From: Alphaproteobacteria bacterium
GTDB taxonomy: Bacteria > Pseudomonadota > Alphaproteobacteria > SP197
NCBI GenBank assembly: GCA_964291415.2
Contig: OZ219920.1
Location: forward strand, 512,001 to 576,000
DNA length: 64,000 nt
Reading direction: 5' to 3'
The notes beneath the pieces are model-generated. The model was not told the origin of the DNA, did not search any database, and saw only the letters and a program-made list of their open reading frames with translations. This document shows positions 1-11,346 of the stretch, in pieces (position 1 is the stretch's first letter; each line of letters opens with the position of its first letter). The translations under genes were made by a program, and so were the position numbers.

Positions 1-1605
1 AGCGCGCGCAGCTCGCGGCGCGGGGTCAGGCTCACCCCGTCGCGAATCGTGTTGGCGCCGTAGGAGAACCCCTCGGCGACCTCCTCGATCTCGCTCCGTC
101 CGAGACTGTCGGCCGACCACTGAGCGGTGTCGCGGTCCGGCGCCGCCAGCACCACGCGCGTGCCGCAGAGCCCGGAGATCGTCTCGGCCCCGTTCCGCCC
201 GTAGAGGTCGCGCAAGGCCGACGCCACCTGGACGCCGAGCACGAAGCAGCCGCCGAACTGGCGCGACTCGGCGAGGCCGGGCTGGAGCGAGGGCACCTGG
301 TGCAGGGTGGGGAGCTCGTCGAGGATCACCCAGATGCGCCGGTCCGGTTCCTGCGCGAGCGAGAGCATGGCGTTCACCGCGATCTCCAGCCAGGTCGAGA
401 TCAGACCGCGCAGGCTGGCGTGCTGGTCGCCGCGCGAGGTGAGGAACAGGAACCCGTCCCGGTCCTCGTCCGATATCCACTCGCGGATCGAGAACGGCTT
501 GCCGGTATCGGGCAGGAACTCCAGCGCCGACAGGTTGGCGGTCAGCATGGCGCGCACGCTGAGCGCGGTCTTCGGGTTGTCGGGATCGACGATGGACTGC
601 GCGACCGTGCCTTCCATCGCCTCGGCGAGCGCCGTCAGGTCCGTCTTCAGGAGATGGTCGACCAGGACCTTGTTGTCCTTCACCCCCTTCTGCCGGAGCA
701 CCCCGGCGCCGTTGGAGAAGAGCTGGCGCGCGGCCGTGACCCAGAAGGGATCGACCGTGTCCTTCTGCTGGGGGATCAGCGCGGCCGCCATCATGTCGAA
801 GTCGCGGGGATTGCGGGCTTCGAGGAAGGGCGACCAGCGCGGCGCGCGCGCATCCAGCGGGTTCATCAGCACGTCGCGGTCGCGATCGAAGAAGGACCGC
901 GTGTAGCTCCCCATCTTGTCGTAGAGGACGCAGCGCTCGCCGCGCGCGCGGATCTGCGAGACGAGGTCGGAGATCAGCACCGTCTTGCCCGACCCGGTGG
1001 TGCCCGAGACGATGGTGTGCTGCGTCTCGGTGCGCTCCGGATACGGGATGCCGGCGATGGACCAGGGGCGGAGCCGCCTGCCGCCCGGAAGGATGCCGAG
1101 AAGCCGCTCATGGGGCGATTGCAGCCGGCGGCGGAGCTCTCCGGCCGCTGACCATCTCCGCGCCCCGGATGCGCTTCTGGCGGCCGAGCTGCGCGCCGCG
1201 ATACCAGAACACGACGAGGAAGAGCCCGATCAGCCCGGCGCCGGCCGCCGGCCCGAGCCCGGCGCTCGCGAACATCTCGTCCCTGATCCGCTCGCGTGCT
1301 TCGCGGGCCGGGACGGAGGCGGCGATGTCGCGGATGCGCAGCACCCGCCGCGTGCCGTCCTCGAAGCGGATCTCCTGGCCCGAGTCCGGGTCGTAGCCGA
1401 GGACGAGCTTGACCTCGGCGAGGCTGACCATCCCGGCGGCGTACCACTCGTCGCCCGTCGTGCGCTGCCACAGCGTCCAGGCCGGGACCGCCACGGTGGT
1501 GAAGGCGGCGAAGAACACGGCCGCGCGGAAGAGCTGGCCCCACATGCGCAGCCCGTGGAAGACGGTCTGGCCGCCCCGGAGCGTCGAGCCGCCGATGCCG
1601 CGCAT
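1..1605 (-). CDS. traD: Type IV coupling protein TraD (runs off left edge; frameshifted near 1060-1140)
   Basis: N-terminus MRGIGGSTLRGGQ with TM segments. Manual translation of the minus strand gives Walker A HTIVSGTTGSGKT, then YDKMG, NPLDARAPRWSPF and Walker B WVILDELPTL..ESRQFGG. Confidence 0.9.
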
Positions 1606-1736
1606 CACGCTCTCCCCGTTGTCGGGCAGGTCGCCGGCCGGAGGCGGAGGCCGGCGGAGGCGGGGTCGAGAGTGAACGGGACGGAGAGAGGTCCCGGGGA
1701 TTCCCTTTTCCGGTTTCGCCGGTATGCTCGGAGGAC

Positions 1737-2107
1737 ATGAACATGACACGAACATTCAACGACCGGGCCGGACCGCCGGCGCCGGCCGGCACGCCGCGGG
1801 TCACCCGGACCGAGCGCGCCGTCGTGCTCGGCGGCTTCGCCCTCGCGGCGCTCTGCACTGCCTGGTCCATCCTCGCCGGCGCCGGCATCGAGACGGTGGC
1901 CGCCGCGTGGCTCGCCGCCGGCGTCTGGGCCTTCCTGTCGTCGCTGGCGCTCGCGCTCCGGCGGGCCTGCGCGGCCGCGACTGGAGCGCCTTCCGCCGTG
2001 GCGATCTTTCCGACGGCACCGAGCTCATCGACTGGTCGACCGGGAGCGGGCGCTGGCTGGAGCTGGGCGTCGCCGAGGACCACGAGCGGCTGATGCGCGG
2101 CGACTGA
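1737..2107 (+). CDS. Small membrane protein convergent with traG, candidate entry-exclusion protein (frameshift near 1970)
   Basis: GGAGGA RBS, two hydrophobic helices; the C-terminus RDWSAFRR..ERLMRGD is in a second frame; lies opposite traG. Confidence 0.5.
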
Positions 2108-2130
2108 GCCCGGAGAGTTCCGCCCCGGCC

Positions 2131-5075
2131 TCACGGCGAGGCGTCCCCCCAGCCCCGCTCGTCCGCCTTCGGCCGTTCCGCCGCGCCGCCGGGGGCGCCA
2201 TCCGGCACGGCGTTCTTCGCGGTGCCGAACAGCTTGCCGGCGAGCCAGTCGCCGACCACCGGCAGGTTCTCCGTGGCGTGGCGCTCGAAGGGCTTGTCCG
2301 CCTCGACGGCGACGCCGGCGCGGCCCTCCGCGGTATCCTGCCCGGTCACCGTCTGCCGCGCCTCGCGGGCCGTGCCCTTCATGATCTGCTCGGTCTTCGT
2401 CTCCGCGCGCTCGCCGAGGGCGGCGGCCTCGACCTCGCCCGGGATGGGCGCGCCCGCGGCGTAGGCCCGGTCGCGCACCCCTTCCGCCCACCCTCCGTAG
2501 GCGGCCGCGGTCTCACGACCGTAGGCGCCGCGCAGCTCGCCCGCCGCACCCTCGTACTCCGCCGCGCCGCCGACCGAGGCCGGGTCCGGCCCCGCCGGGG
2601 CGGGGAACTTCTCGGCCACGAACGCGGCGGCGTACTCCCGGAGCTGCTCGGCGTCTTCCGGGGTCTGGGGCGATGCGATGCGCATGGCGCCGGCGGCGCC
2701 GATCGCGCGCCCGTCCGTGCCCGGCTGCTCCGAGAGCCAGGCGAAGAAGGGCTGGCCGAGCTCGCGCTCGATCGCCTGCGCGTCCGAGCGCACCTGCGCC
2801 GCCTGCTCCGACCAGCTCTCGGACTCCTGGCGCGCCAGCGACGCCCGTTCCTGGAACGTCCGCATCCGGGTGAGGTTGGCCGACAGGCTCTCGTCGAGGC
2901 TCGCGAGCTCCGAATCCCCGGTCTGCGTGGAATACCGCCGGGAGGCTTCGGCGACCTGCGACCAGGTCTCGGTCACGCCGTGCTGGCGGTCGTATTCCTT
3001 CACGCGGTTCCAGGCTTCGGACTCGATGGTCTGGCCGCGCCACATCACCGAGCCGTTCGCCTTCGCCTTGACGATGAAGTCCCAGCCGCCGCCGACGCTC
3101 GCCTGTCCGGTCAGCACCGCGGCCTGGTTCCGGGAAATCCCGGCGATCTCCGACAGTTTCTCGACATGGGAGTCGAGCTGCTGCGCCTGGCTCGACTCGC
3201 TCTCGGTGACGCCGCGCGCGAAGGCTTCCCCGTCGACACGTCGTGCGAATAGCGCTCGATCAGCCCCGTCGCGTCGGTGACGGCGGCGTTGCGCGCCTGG
3301 CCCGCCTCCGCCGACCAATGGCGCGAGAGCGTGCTGGCCTCGGCCGCGCGGGTCTCGTAAGAGGTCGCGAGCGACTCCGAGAGCCGCACGCCGGCGGCCG
3401 GGATGCGGCTGGTGGCGGCGCCGGCATCGGCGACCACGGTGCCGTCTCCGGTCACGGTCATGGCCGCGCCGGCCGGCGCGTAGCCCGTGTAGCGGTCGGT
3501 ATCGACATGGGCCGAGGTGCGGATCTGGCGCCCCTCCAGGGTCGCGAAGCGGTGGGTGTCGTAGCCGGTGTTGGCGAGCGAGAGGTTGCCCGTCGTGCCC
3601 TCGTGCGCGGCCGAGCTTGCGGCGTCCTGGCCGACCGCGAGGACGGACGTGGCGAGCACGGTGGCCTTCGACAATCCGTAGGCCAGCGCCGCCGCCAGGA
3701 ACGGCACCGACATGGAGAGGTAGCCCGACATCACCGCGACGTCGGACGCCACCGCCCGGATCCCGGCCTGGGCCACCAGCGAGATGCCGATGTCGCCGCC
3801 CGGCATGAACGCCGCGGCCTGCATCCGCTCGGCCGCCTCGCCCATCGAGATGCGGTGCAGCACCGCGTAGAGCGGCCCCCAGGACTGGAGCCACACCAGC
3901 CCCGTCACGTAGGAGCGGAAGATCGCCGTGCCCGCCGGCGTCAGCATCAGCAGCACCGCCATCGGGAAGGCCCCGACATAGAGGCACTCGAACACGATCC
4001 GCAGCAGCGGCACCCAGGTCTCCGCCTGCCGGCCGATCGCCCGGTAGGCCGAGACGGTCTGCGCCTCGGCGCGGGCTTCCGTGTAGGCGCGCAACGCCGC
4101 CGCGTTGCCCGCTTCCGCCGCCCATTGCTCGCCGGCGTCGTGGACGGCGTTCAGCACCATCTGCTGGCGCATGATCTCGCCGGCCGTGCGCGAGGCCCCG
4201 ATGAGGAAGTCGTGCGCGGCCGGGAGCGCGGCCAGAAGCTCGGCGCGGGCCAGCGCGTCGGTCCGCGCGTCCGGGAATATCCGGCGCCCGAACACCGTGC
4301 CGGCGCGGGCCATTTCGGCGGCCCACTGGCCGTTGAGCCGTCCCGCCGCGTCCCGGCAGGTGACGATCTGCCGGTCGATCGGCGTCGCGCCCGTGCCGGT
4401 CGACGCCGCCTGCCTGCCGGGTCGAGAACTCGACCATGCGCGCGGGCGAGGCCCCGGCAGACGGCGAGCCCGAGGCGGTGACCAGCCGCCAGATATCCGT
4501 CGACTCCCGCAGATCGTCCGCCGAGATGTGCCCGAGCAGGAGCGCGTGGAAGACGCACTGGCGGGCGTAGTTGCGGACGTTGCGCGCGAACACGGCATCG
4601 GTGATTTCCAGGCGCGTCGCCTTGGCCGCGAGCCTGGCGCCGAAGATCAGCCCGTGGCGCTGGTACTGGAGGTCGTTCGGGCAGCGTGAACGCCTGCTCG
4701 GTGAGGCGCGTCAGCCCGTCACCCACCTGGCTGGTGAGCGAGGCGAACAGCGCGAGCCCGATCGGGACGTTGGCGACCACCGCCGGCGCCAGCGTCGGGT
4801 CGAGCCGGTCGACCACCCGCACGGTGGCCTTGGGCACGATCATCGCGCCCCAGACGGTGACGAACAGCAGGATCCACTTGGCGTTGTCCTTCCACGAGCC
4901 GCCGAAGGCGGTGCGGAAGAGCACCCAGGCGAGCCCGGCGACGCCGGCGAGCTGGGCCAGCGTGACATAGGCGCCGCCCGCCGGTGATCGCGGCGACGGC
5001 GTTCAGCAGATCGACGAGGTAGGTCCCGCCGCCGAGGGTGAAGAGCTCGTACATATGATAAGGTGTCACGCTCAT
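2131..5075 (-). CDS. traG: Mating-pair stabilisation protein TraG (several frameshifts)
   Basis: MYELFTLGGG..LNAVAA start, VANVPIGLA, FARNVRNYARQCV, WLQSWGPLYAVLH, long soluble C-terminus; follows traH. Confidence 0.88.
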
Positions 5076-5078
5076 GGC

Positions 5079-6515
5079 TCAGCGCGACCCGGCCCCGGCG
5101 CCGCCGCGCGCGAACGCCAATGCGGCGCGGAGATCGGCGCTGAGCGCGCCCGCCAGCTCGGTCTCGATCAGGCGCAGCTTCTCGACCACGGCGAGCGCCG
5201 TGTTGAGCCGTTGCAGGCCCTGGTGCCGGTGCCTTGCCAGCGCGACGCGGTTGGACCGGAGCCCCTCGCGCCAGCGCCGGAGCTGCTCGCCGTCGGCGAT
5301 GTCCAGCGTCCCGGCGCGCTCCTCGACCGTGCGGTGAAGATCGGTGATCCAGACCTGCATCACGTCGAGCGCCACGGCCTCGGCGAGCGCGTCCATCTCC
5401 TGGTCGATGACTGCGCCCCGGTACGCGGCGGCCGCGTTGGCGACCCGGTAGACCGGCAGCGTGGTGAGGTTCACGAGGCCGAGCGCCGGCGCGGGCGGCG
5501 CGGTATCCGCGCGCACCGCGTCCACGAGATCGCGCAGCAGCTCGGCGACCCGGGCGCGGAACCCCCGGTCGGCGGGGATGGTGACCGTGCCGAGGCTCGG
5601 GTTGAGGCAGAGGTTCGGCGTGTCGCAGCGGTAGACCGGCAGCGCGCCGCCGCCCTCCATCAGGGTCTCGGTGACACGGCGGTCCAGCGCCAGCGGCTCG
5701 AGAATCCGCACCCTGGGGCCGGACGTGTCCGCATCCGAGGTCGGCGCCGTCACGATCAGCGTGCCGGTCACCGCCATGGCGAACTCGGCGAGCTGCGTGT
5801 CGCCCGCGAGGAACGACGACGCCCGGATCGCCTTCCAGGCGTAGTTGACGTTGACCGGCACCTGGTCGGCCATGGCGCCCGAGGCCGACGCCAGGGTCGA
5901 GTTGCGCTGCCCGTCCGCGCCGCAGCCGTGCCTGGCCGCCGCGTAGTCCGAGAAGATGCCCTGCGAGGTGCCGATCGCGGCACAGATCGACGCGCTCGCC
6001 CGGTCGTTCTTCGACCAGACCGCGCCCACCAGCGCCTGCGCGGTCTCGCAGGAGTTCATGTTCTGGTTGTTGATCCACTGCGCCAATGCCCGGAGCTTGG
6101 CCATGGTCTCGGCGATCACCGGCGAGATGGTCTCCAGCGCCAGCTCGAAGGCGAAGCCGGCGGCGTTCTGCGCGACGGCCCGGCCGAAGGCGATGAGCTG
6201 GTCCGAGTTGATGAACGAGAAGGCGCCGGCGAAGGCGTCGATGCCGCCGCAGCCCGCCCGGAAGGAGGGCAGGCTCACCGTCGCGATCTGCTCCGAGCGC
6301 ACCGGCGAGCGCAGGTAGAGGTTGCCGAGCGTCCAGTGGCCGGACGCCTGGCCGTGGAACGCGGTCGGCCCGGTGGTGTTGACCGCCGCGCCCTGCCAGA
6401 AGCGGCCCATCTCCGAGAGCACGTCGGCGCGCGCGGGGGAGGCCGCGAGCAGGAGGGCGGCAAGCGCCGTGCCGAGGGCGAAGGACAGGGCGCCCTTCCT
6501 TGCATCAATAGTCAT
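5079..6515 (-). CDS. traH: Conjugal transfer pilus assembly protein TraH
   Basis: Signal peptide; LPSFRAGCGGIDAFAGAFSFIN and NSCETAQALV motifs; intact ORF. Confidence 0.95.
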   Translation of the reverse strand: MTIDARKGALSFALGTALAALLLAASPARADVLSEMGRFWQGAAVNTTGPTAFHGQASGHWTLGNLYLRSPVRSEQIATVSLPSFRAGCGGIDAFAGAFSFINSDQLIAFGRAVAQNAAGFAFELALETISPVIAETMAKLRALAQWINNQNMNSCETAQALVGAVWSKNDRASASICAAIGTSQGIFSDYAAARHGCGADGQRNSTLASASGAMADQVPVNVNYAWKAIRASSFLAGDTQLAEFAMAVTGTLIVTAPTSDADTSGPRVRILEPLALDRRVTETLMEGGGALPVYRCDTPNLCLNPSLGTVTIPADRGFRARVAELLRDLVDAVRADTAPPAPALGLVNLTTLPVYRVANAAAAYRGAVIDQEMDALAEAVALDVMQVWITDLHRTVEERAGTLDIADGEQLRRWREGLRSNRVALARHRHQGLQRLNTALAVVEKLRLIETELAGALSADLRAALAFARGGAGAGSR

Positions 6516-7332
6516 TGCCGGGCTCCAGGGCGGTGAGGGCGAAGATGCGCTCGGCCATCTCGTCCTCGGCCATCACGCCGAAGCCGACCGGGACGATCCG
6601 CTTGGTGGCCGTGTCGAACAGCACGAGGGCGGGGACGGGGGAGTCGCGCAAGCCCAGCCGCGCGGCGCGCCCCTGGTCCGCCACCGCTTCCGGCCAGCCC
6701 TCCAGCGCCTCGCCGGTGAGCGAGACCGCGAGCACGTCGAGGCCGTGGCGCTGGGCGAACGCGCGCAGCAGCGGCCCGAACACCTTGCAGCCCGCGCAGC
6801 CGGCATGGCCGAGATAGATCAGCCCGTAGCGCTCGCCGAGCCGGGCGAGCGCGGCCGACCGGTCCTGCCGCCGCTGGTCGGACCAGACCCGCTTGGCGAG
6901 CGCGCCGACCGGACGGCGGAGCGTGTAGTCGAGCTCCGGCGTCGCCCACACCGTGCGCCGGAAGGCGTCGGAGAAGGCGGCGGCGCGTTGCAGCGTCTCC
7001 TGCTGGAGACGCAGATAGGCGGTGACGTTCGCAGGCGTCGGATCGAGGATCGCCTCGGCGCGGGCTTCCTCCAGCGCCCGGCGCATCGCCTCGATTTGCT
7101 CCGTCGCAGATCGGCTCGTTTGGCCCGAAGGCGGGGCCGGGGCGGGTTCGGCCCGTCGCGGCTCCTCCTCCTGGCGGTCGCAGTAGAAGTGCCAGCCGAG
7201 CGAGGCGCCGGCGCCTTCCTCGGCACACCAGGACCGCCATTCCCCGCCGGCCGCGGGCGCGCCCAGGACCGACCAGACCAGCGTCGCGGCAAGGGCCTGC
7301 TTGAGGATGCGAAGGGCGGCGCGCACCATCAT
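6505..7332 (-). CDS. traF: Conjugal transfer protein TraF (thioredoxin-like)
   Basis: GWHFYCD, AILDPTPANV, CAGC motif, VGFGVMAEDEM. Confidence 0.92.
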   Translation of the reverse strand: MMVRAALRILKQALAATLVWSVLGAPAAGGEWRSWCAEEGAGASLGWHFYCDRQEEEPRRAEPAPAPPSGQTSRSATEQIEAMRRALEEARAEAILDPTPANVTAYLRLQQETLQRAAAFSDAFRRTVWATPELDYTLRRPVGALAKRVWSDQRRQDRSAALARLGERYGLIYLGHAGCAGCKVFGPLLRAFAQRHGLDVLAVSLTGEALEGWPEAVADQGRAARLGLRDSPVPALVLFDTATKRIVPVGFGVMAEDEMAERIFALTALEPGNDY

Positions 7333-8477
7333 TGCCCCCGCCGGTAGAAGTCGCGGATGCGCGTGCGCATCGCCGTGCCGGTGTCGCCCGCGTCCGGCAG
7401 CGAGACCGAGGGCTCGCGCGAGCCGTCCATCAGGTCCTGGGTGAACTCCGAGAGGTCGAGGCGCGCGAAGTCGATGCCCTCGACCTCCGCGACGGTGAGG
7501 CCCCGGCAGCTCGACCAGCCGATGCCGAGCTGGGCCCGGCCCTGCTGCTGCAGGATGCGCCCGAGCTTGGAGCCGAACACGCACCAGGCGCGCGAGCGGC
7601 GGATACAGACGCCGAAGAAGGTGCGCTTCGAGCAGTACCGTCCGAGATAGTGGGTGTTGCCGGCGTTGCGCTCCTCCGCCAGCTCGCGCTCCGAGGCCGA
7701 GCAGTTGCCGAGCCCGATGAGCAGCCCGAGTTCTTGCAGCAGTTGGCGAGCCCGAACAGCTTGATGTGGCAGGCGCGGCGCTGGCCGGTGAAGAAGCGCA
7801 TGTCGTCGCGGTCGAACTCGTCGCCGCCCAGCTCCACCGCCATGTTGAGCCGCGTCGTCGCGTTCACGAATCCGGTGTTCGACTGCGAGGGAACGGTCTC
7901 GCAGCCCGCGCCCACGCACCAGCGCACGGACCCGCAGGACCCGCCGTCCTGGGCGTCCTGGAGGTCCGCGCCGCAATCCGCCGTGCTGCCCGAGGCGAGG
8001 CCGTCCGCGCCGTGCGCCGACGATTGCGGCGACGCCGCGATGGTCTCCGAGCGCGCCACCACCGGATCGCTCGCCGGCACGGTCGCCGGGGGCCGGCTCG
8101 TCGCGCCCCGGACCACCGTCCGCCCGGCCGCGCCGCCGGGATCGTCGGGATCGGCGAGCCGCGCCCGGCCTTCGTGTTCGAGGCGGCTCGCGCCGATGCT
8201 CGCGCTCCGGCAGGTTCGTGCCGGCATAGCCCGGCACGTCGGCCGCGTTGGAGGAATCCCGCGCGATCGCGCGCGCCGCCGCATTGCCCGCATTGCCGAT
8301 GGCGCGCGCCGCCGCCTTGGGGTCCTCCTCCGCCTTCGCCGCCATGCCGGAGACCACCCACAGCATCAGGCAGACCAGCGCAAACATGGCCGTCCAGGTC
8401 AGCAGCCGGACGACCCGCGTGCCCCGGTCCAGCGCGACCTCGATACGGTCGCGGGACAGCTCGTTCTGTTCCGTCAT
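7329..8477 (-). CDS. traN: Mating-pair stabilisation protein TraN, short form (two frameshifts)
   Basis: Cys-rich C-terminus: FTGQRRAC..NCCK, YLGRYCSKR..C..WCVFGSKLGRILQQQGRAQLG..CRGLT..IDF..LDLSEF. Confidence 0.88.
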   Translation of the reverse strand: MTEQNELSRDRIEVALDRGTRVVRLLTWTAMFALVCLMLWVVSGMAAKAEEDPKAAARAIGNAGNAAARAIARDSSNAADVPGYAGTNLPEREHRREPPRTRRPGAARRSRRSRRRGRADGGPGRDEPAPGDRAGERSGGGALGDHRGVAAIVGARRGRPRLGQHGGLRRGPPGRPGRRVLRVRALVRGRGLRDRSLAVEHRIRERDDAAQHGGGAGRRRVRPRRHALLHRPAPRLPHQAVRARQLLQELGLLIGLGNCSASERELAEERNAGNTHYLGRYCSKRTFFGVCIRRSRAWCVFGSKLGRILQQQGRAQLGIGWSSCRGLTVAEVEGIDFARLDLSEFTQDLMDGSREPSVSLPDAGDTGTAMRTRIRDFYRRGQ

Positions 8478-9214
8478 GGCGGGTCCTCTCCCCGCAAGCG
8501 TTCGAGGTGGCGGCGGGCAACGTCCCGTCCGACGGCTCCCTCGTCGGCGACGGCTTCGAGCGCCGCCGCCAGGCCGATGTTTCCGGTCACGACGTCGTGC
8601 GGCGGCGCCGGGTCGTCGGCGCAGCCCCGGCTCTGGCAGGGCGGTCCGCCGCCCGGCACGACCGCCACGGCCGGCACCCGCTCGATGCCGAACAGCCGGA
8701 ACAGGCGCGGGTCGATGGCGACCCCGGCATCGGCGCCGCCGAGGCGCTCGCCGATCCGCTTCGCGGTCTCCGGCAGGCCGCCAACGCCCACGCCGCGCAG
8801 CACCAGCGGCGCGCCGGATGCCGCCGCCTCGCGCGCCCATTGCCGCCAGCTCGCCGCCGGCACCGAGAGGCTCATGAAGATGAGGATTTCGGCCGTGCCG
8901 GAACGCGGGTCCGAGAGCTCGCCGGCATGGCGTTCGGCCGGGAGGGGCGCGGTGGACCGTCCGGGAACCGTCTGCCGCGCGCTCTCGCCGGCGCGTTCCA
9001 GGGCACGGTCGAGGATCGAGCGGGTCCAGGCGCCGAGCGACTCCCCGTCATCGCCGCCCGCCTTGCGCAGCACCTCCTCGACCAGGCGCGCGGCGTCCGC
9101 ATCGGGCGTGCCGGCGCGCGGCGCTTCCTCCGCCCGCGCCGTTCCCGACCCGCCCGCCGCCAGCAGCAGGGCCGTCAGGAACAGGACCGTCGGGGCTTGT
9201 CGGAAACGGCGCAT
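8474..9214 (-). CDS. trbC: Type-F pilus assembly protein TrbC
   Basis: IFMSLSVP, LVLRG, IDPRLFRLFGIERVPA, DVVTGNI motifs. Confidence 0.9.
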   Translation of the reverse strand: MRRFRQAPTVLFLTALLLAAGGSGTARAEEAPRAGTPDADAARLVEEVLRKAGGDDGESLGAWTRSILDRALERAGESARQTVPGRSTAPLPAERHAGELSDPRSGTAEILIFMSLSVPAASWRQWAREAAASGAPLVLRGVGVGGLPETAKRIGERLGGADAGVAIDPRLFRLFGIERVPAVAVVPGGGPPCQSRGCADDPAPPHDVVTGNIGLAAALEAVADEGAVGRDVARRHLERLRGEDPP

Positions 9215-9258
9215 CGGATTGTCCTCGGAGTGCAAATTCTTGTTGTCTGTCAATGGGT

Positions 9259-10261
9259 TCAGAGCAGGCAGCAATTGCGTTTTCTCCACAGCAGGTAGCC
9301 GAAGTTCTCGCCCGCGACCGGCAGCTCGCGGAGCGTCTCCCACAGCACCGTGGAGCGCCCGGTCGGGTTGCAGCCGGTGAACGGGTCGACGGCCGGCACC
9401 GGCTGGGTCATCTGCCAGCGGTACTGCGACTTCCGCATCACCGGCATCGGGTAGCGCCCGCAGAGCGCGCCCGACCCGAAGGTGCCCCAGGCGAGCCCGG
9501 CGCGGTGGAGCCGGTAGAGCAGGCGCTGGGAGGCGAGCAGCGACGCCTGGACCCCGCCGACATGGGCGGCGACGTTGCCGGTGAGCGGATACATCCCGCC
9601 CTGGCAGCCGGCGCACCAGAACATCGGGTCGAGCGGCAGGCCCGCCGAGGACGCCGCGCAGTCGGCGGCGCAGGCAGCCTGCGCCGGCAGGTTGGCGAAC
9701 AGCGCCGCCTCGGGGTTCAACAGGAACGACAGCTCGTCGTCGAGCCAGGCCGGGTCGAGCTCCGAGGCCCAGGCGATGTCGAGCCCGCCGCCCTCCAGGC
9801 AGCCCAGGTCGAGCAGCACGCCGATCCAGGAGAGCAGCGGATACATGTAGTAGTGCGCGTGCCAGACCGAGCCCTTGGCCCCGTCGCCGCCGGCCGCGCC
9901 GGTGCGCCCGCGCCCGGCCGGCAGGCCCGGATCGATGGTGAGGCCGCCCGAGGTTCGGGAAGCACCAGGGCGCCCGCGTCGCGTCGACCAGCCGGGCCGG
10001 CTCCCAGACCCCGAGCGAGAGGCCGATGCGCGGGATCGGCGAGCCGCAGAGGCAGATCGGCGAGGACGGGTTGGGCGTGTCCAGCACGCCCGAGACGCTG
10101 CCGATGGAGATCGGGCCGATCGAGATCGGGAACAGGCACTCCCAGCAGACGTCCGAGATCGGGTTGACGAACCGCCCGGTGCAGGACTGCGCCGAGGCCG
10201 CGCCGGACCACAGGACGGCCGCCAGGACAAGCGCGGCGAGAGGGGCGAGGCGGCGGATCAT
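9259..10261 (-). CDS. traU: Conjugal transfer protein TraU (frameshift near 9950)
   Basis: CTGRFVNPISDVCWECLFPISIG, WEPARLVD, WCAGCQG, ENFGYLLWRKRNCC. Confidence 0.93.
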
Positions 10262-10676
10262 GCCGGGGCTTCCGGTGCGGCGCCGTCACCATCACCCCCA
10301 CCGCGGCATCCGGCGTTTCTTCCGGCGCGCGCCGTCGCGCGGTCAGGATGTTGACCAGGCCCTGCCATCCCGAGACGACGATCTCGGTGACCGTCCGGTC
10401 GTTCCCCTCCCGGTCGGTGAACCCGCGCGTCGCGATCCGGCCCTCGACCATGACCCGGTCGCCCTTCTTCAGCATCGCCTCCACCGCCTTGACCGCCGCG
10501 CCGTAGACGACGATCCGGTGCCACTCCGTCGCCTCGGCGGGGCGTCCTTCCGCATCCTTCCACTTCTCGGTGGTGGCAAGCGTGAAGACGGCCGCCCTGC
10601 CGCCCTTCTTCAGGTCGCGGATCTCCGGATCGCGCCCGGCATGGCCCAGCAGGGTGGCGCGGTTGACGTTCAGCAT
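10258..10676 (-). CDS. ssb: Single-stranded DNA-binding protein (3' end frameshifted or uncertain)
   Basis: NRATLLGHAGRDPE, TLATTEKWKD, TEWHRIV, KGDRVMVEGRIATR OB-fold motifs. Confidence 0.9.
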
Positions 10677-10680
10677 GGCT

Positions 10681-11346
10681 TCACTCCTTCCCTTCAGTTC
10701 CATCGGGGTCCGGGTCTTGGACCACGGGGATTTCGGTGATGCGCAGCCGCGTCCCGGCCTGCGCGACCAGCGCGGGCGTGAAGCGCAGGCCGAAGCGCGC
10801 GGCGAGGCGTCCGCCCTGGTCGAAGAAGAAGGGCCGGCGGTGGCGGCGCATCAGCTCCAGCGGCCGGCCGGCGAGCAGCACGATCTTCGCGGGCCGCTCA
10901 TGTTCCAGCGCCCAGGCGATCTCGGCCTCGCGCCTGCCGTCGACGAACAGCAGGTCGCGGGCGAGCGTCACGCGCTCCAGCGGGCTGACCCGCGTGCCGG
11001 CGGCGGCGATCAGCGCGCCGTCGGCGGTTCGGATATCGCGCGCGACCGTGATGGCGGGATCGAACAGGCGGCTGCGCTCCTCCCTGGCCGGCGCGATTCC
11101 GGGCACCGGCTCCGGCTCCTCCAGCATCCGACGGGCGCCGTCGCGGGCTTCGTCCTCCAGCCGCGCCAGCGCGCCGGAGCGTTCCATCTCGACGAGGCGC
11201 GCCTCGATCTGCGCCAGCAGGTCCGGCTCCGCCACCGGCCAGGTCGCGCCGCGCACGCCGAGGTCCTTCGCGGATGCGGGCGCGGCCAGCGCCAGCGCCG
11301 CCGCCACTCCCGGCGCCGCCAGCAGCCGCAGGGCCGGGGGTCTCAC
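10681..11346 (-). CDS. traW: Type-F conjugative transfer protein TraW
   Basis: AKDLGVRGATWPVAEPDLL, FDP, FFDQGGRLAARFG. Confidence 0.93.
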   Translation of the reverse strand: MRPPALRLLAAPGVAAALALAAPASAKDLGVRGATWPVAEPDLLAQIEARLVEMERSGALARLEDEARDGARRMLEEPEPVPGIAPAREERSRLFDPAITVARDIRTADGALIAAAGTRVSPLERVTLARDLLFVDGRREAEIAWALEHERPAKIVLLAGRPLELMRRHRRPFFFDQGGRLAARFGLRFTPALVAQAGTRLRITEIPVVQDPDPDGTEGKE

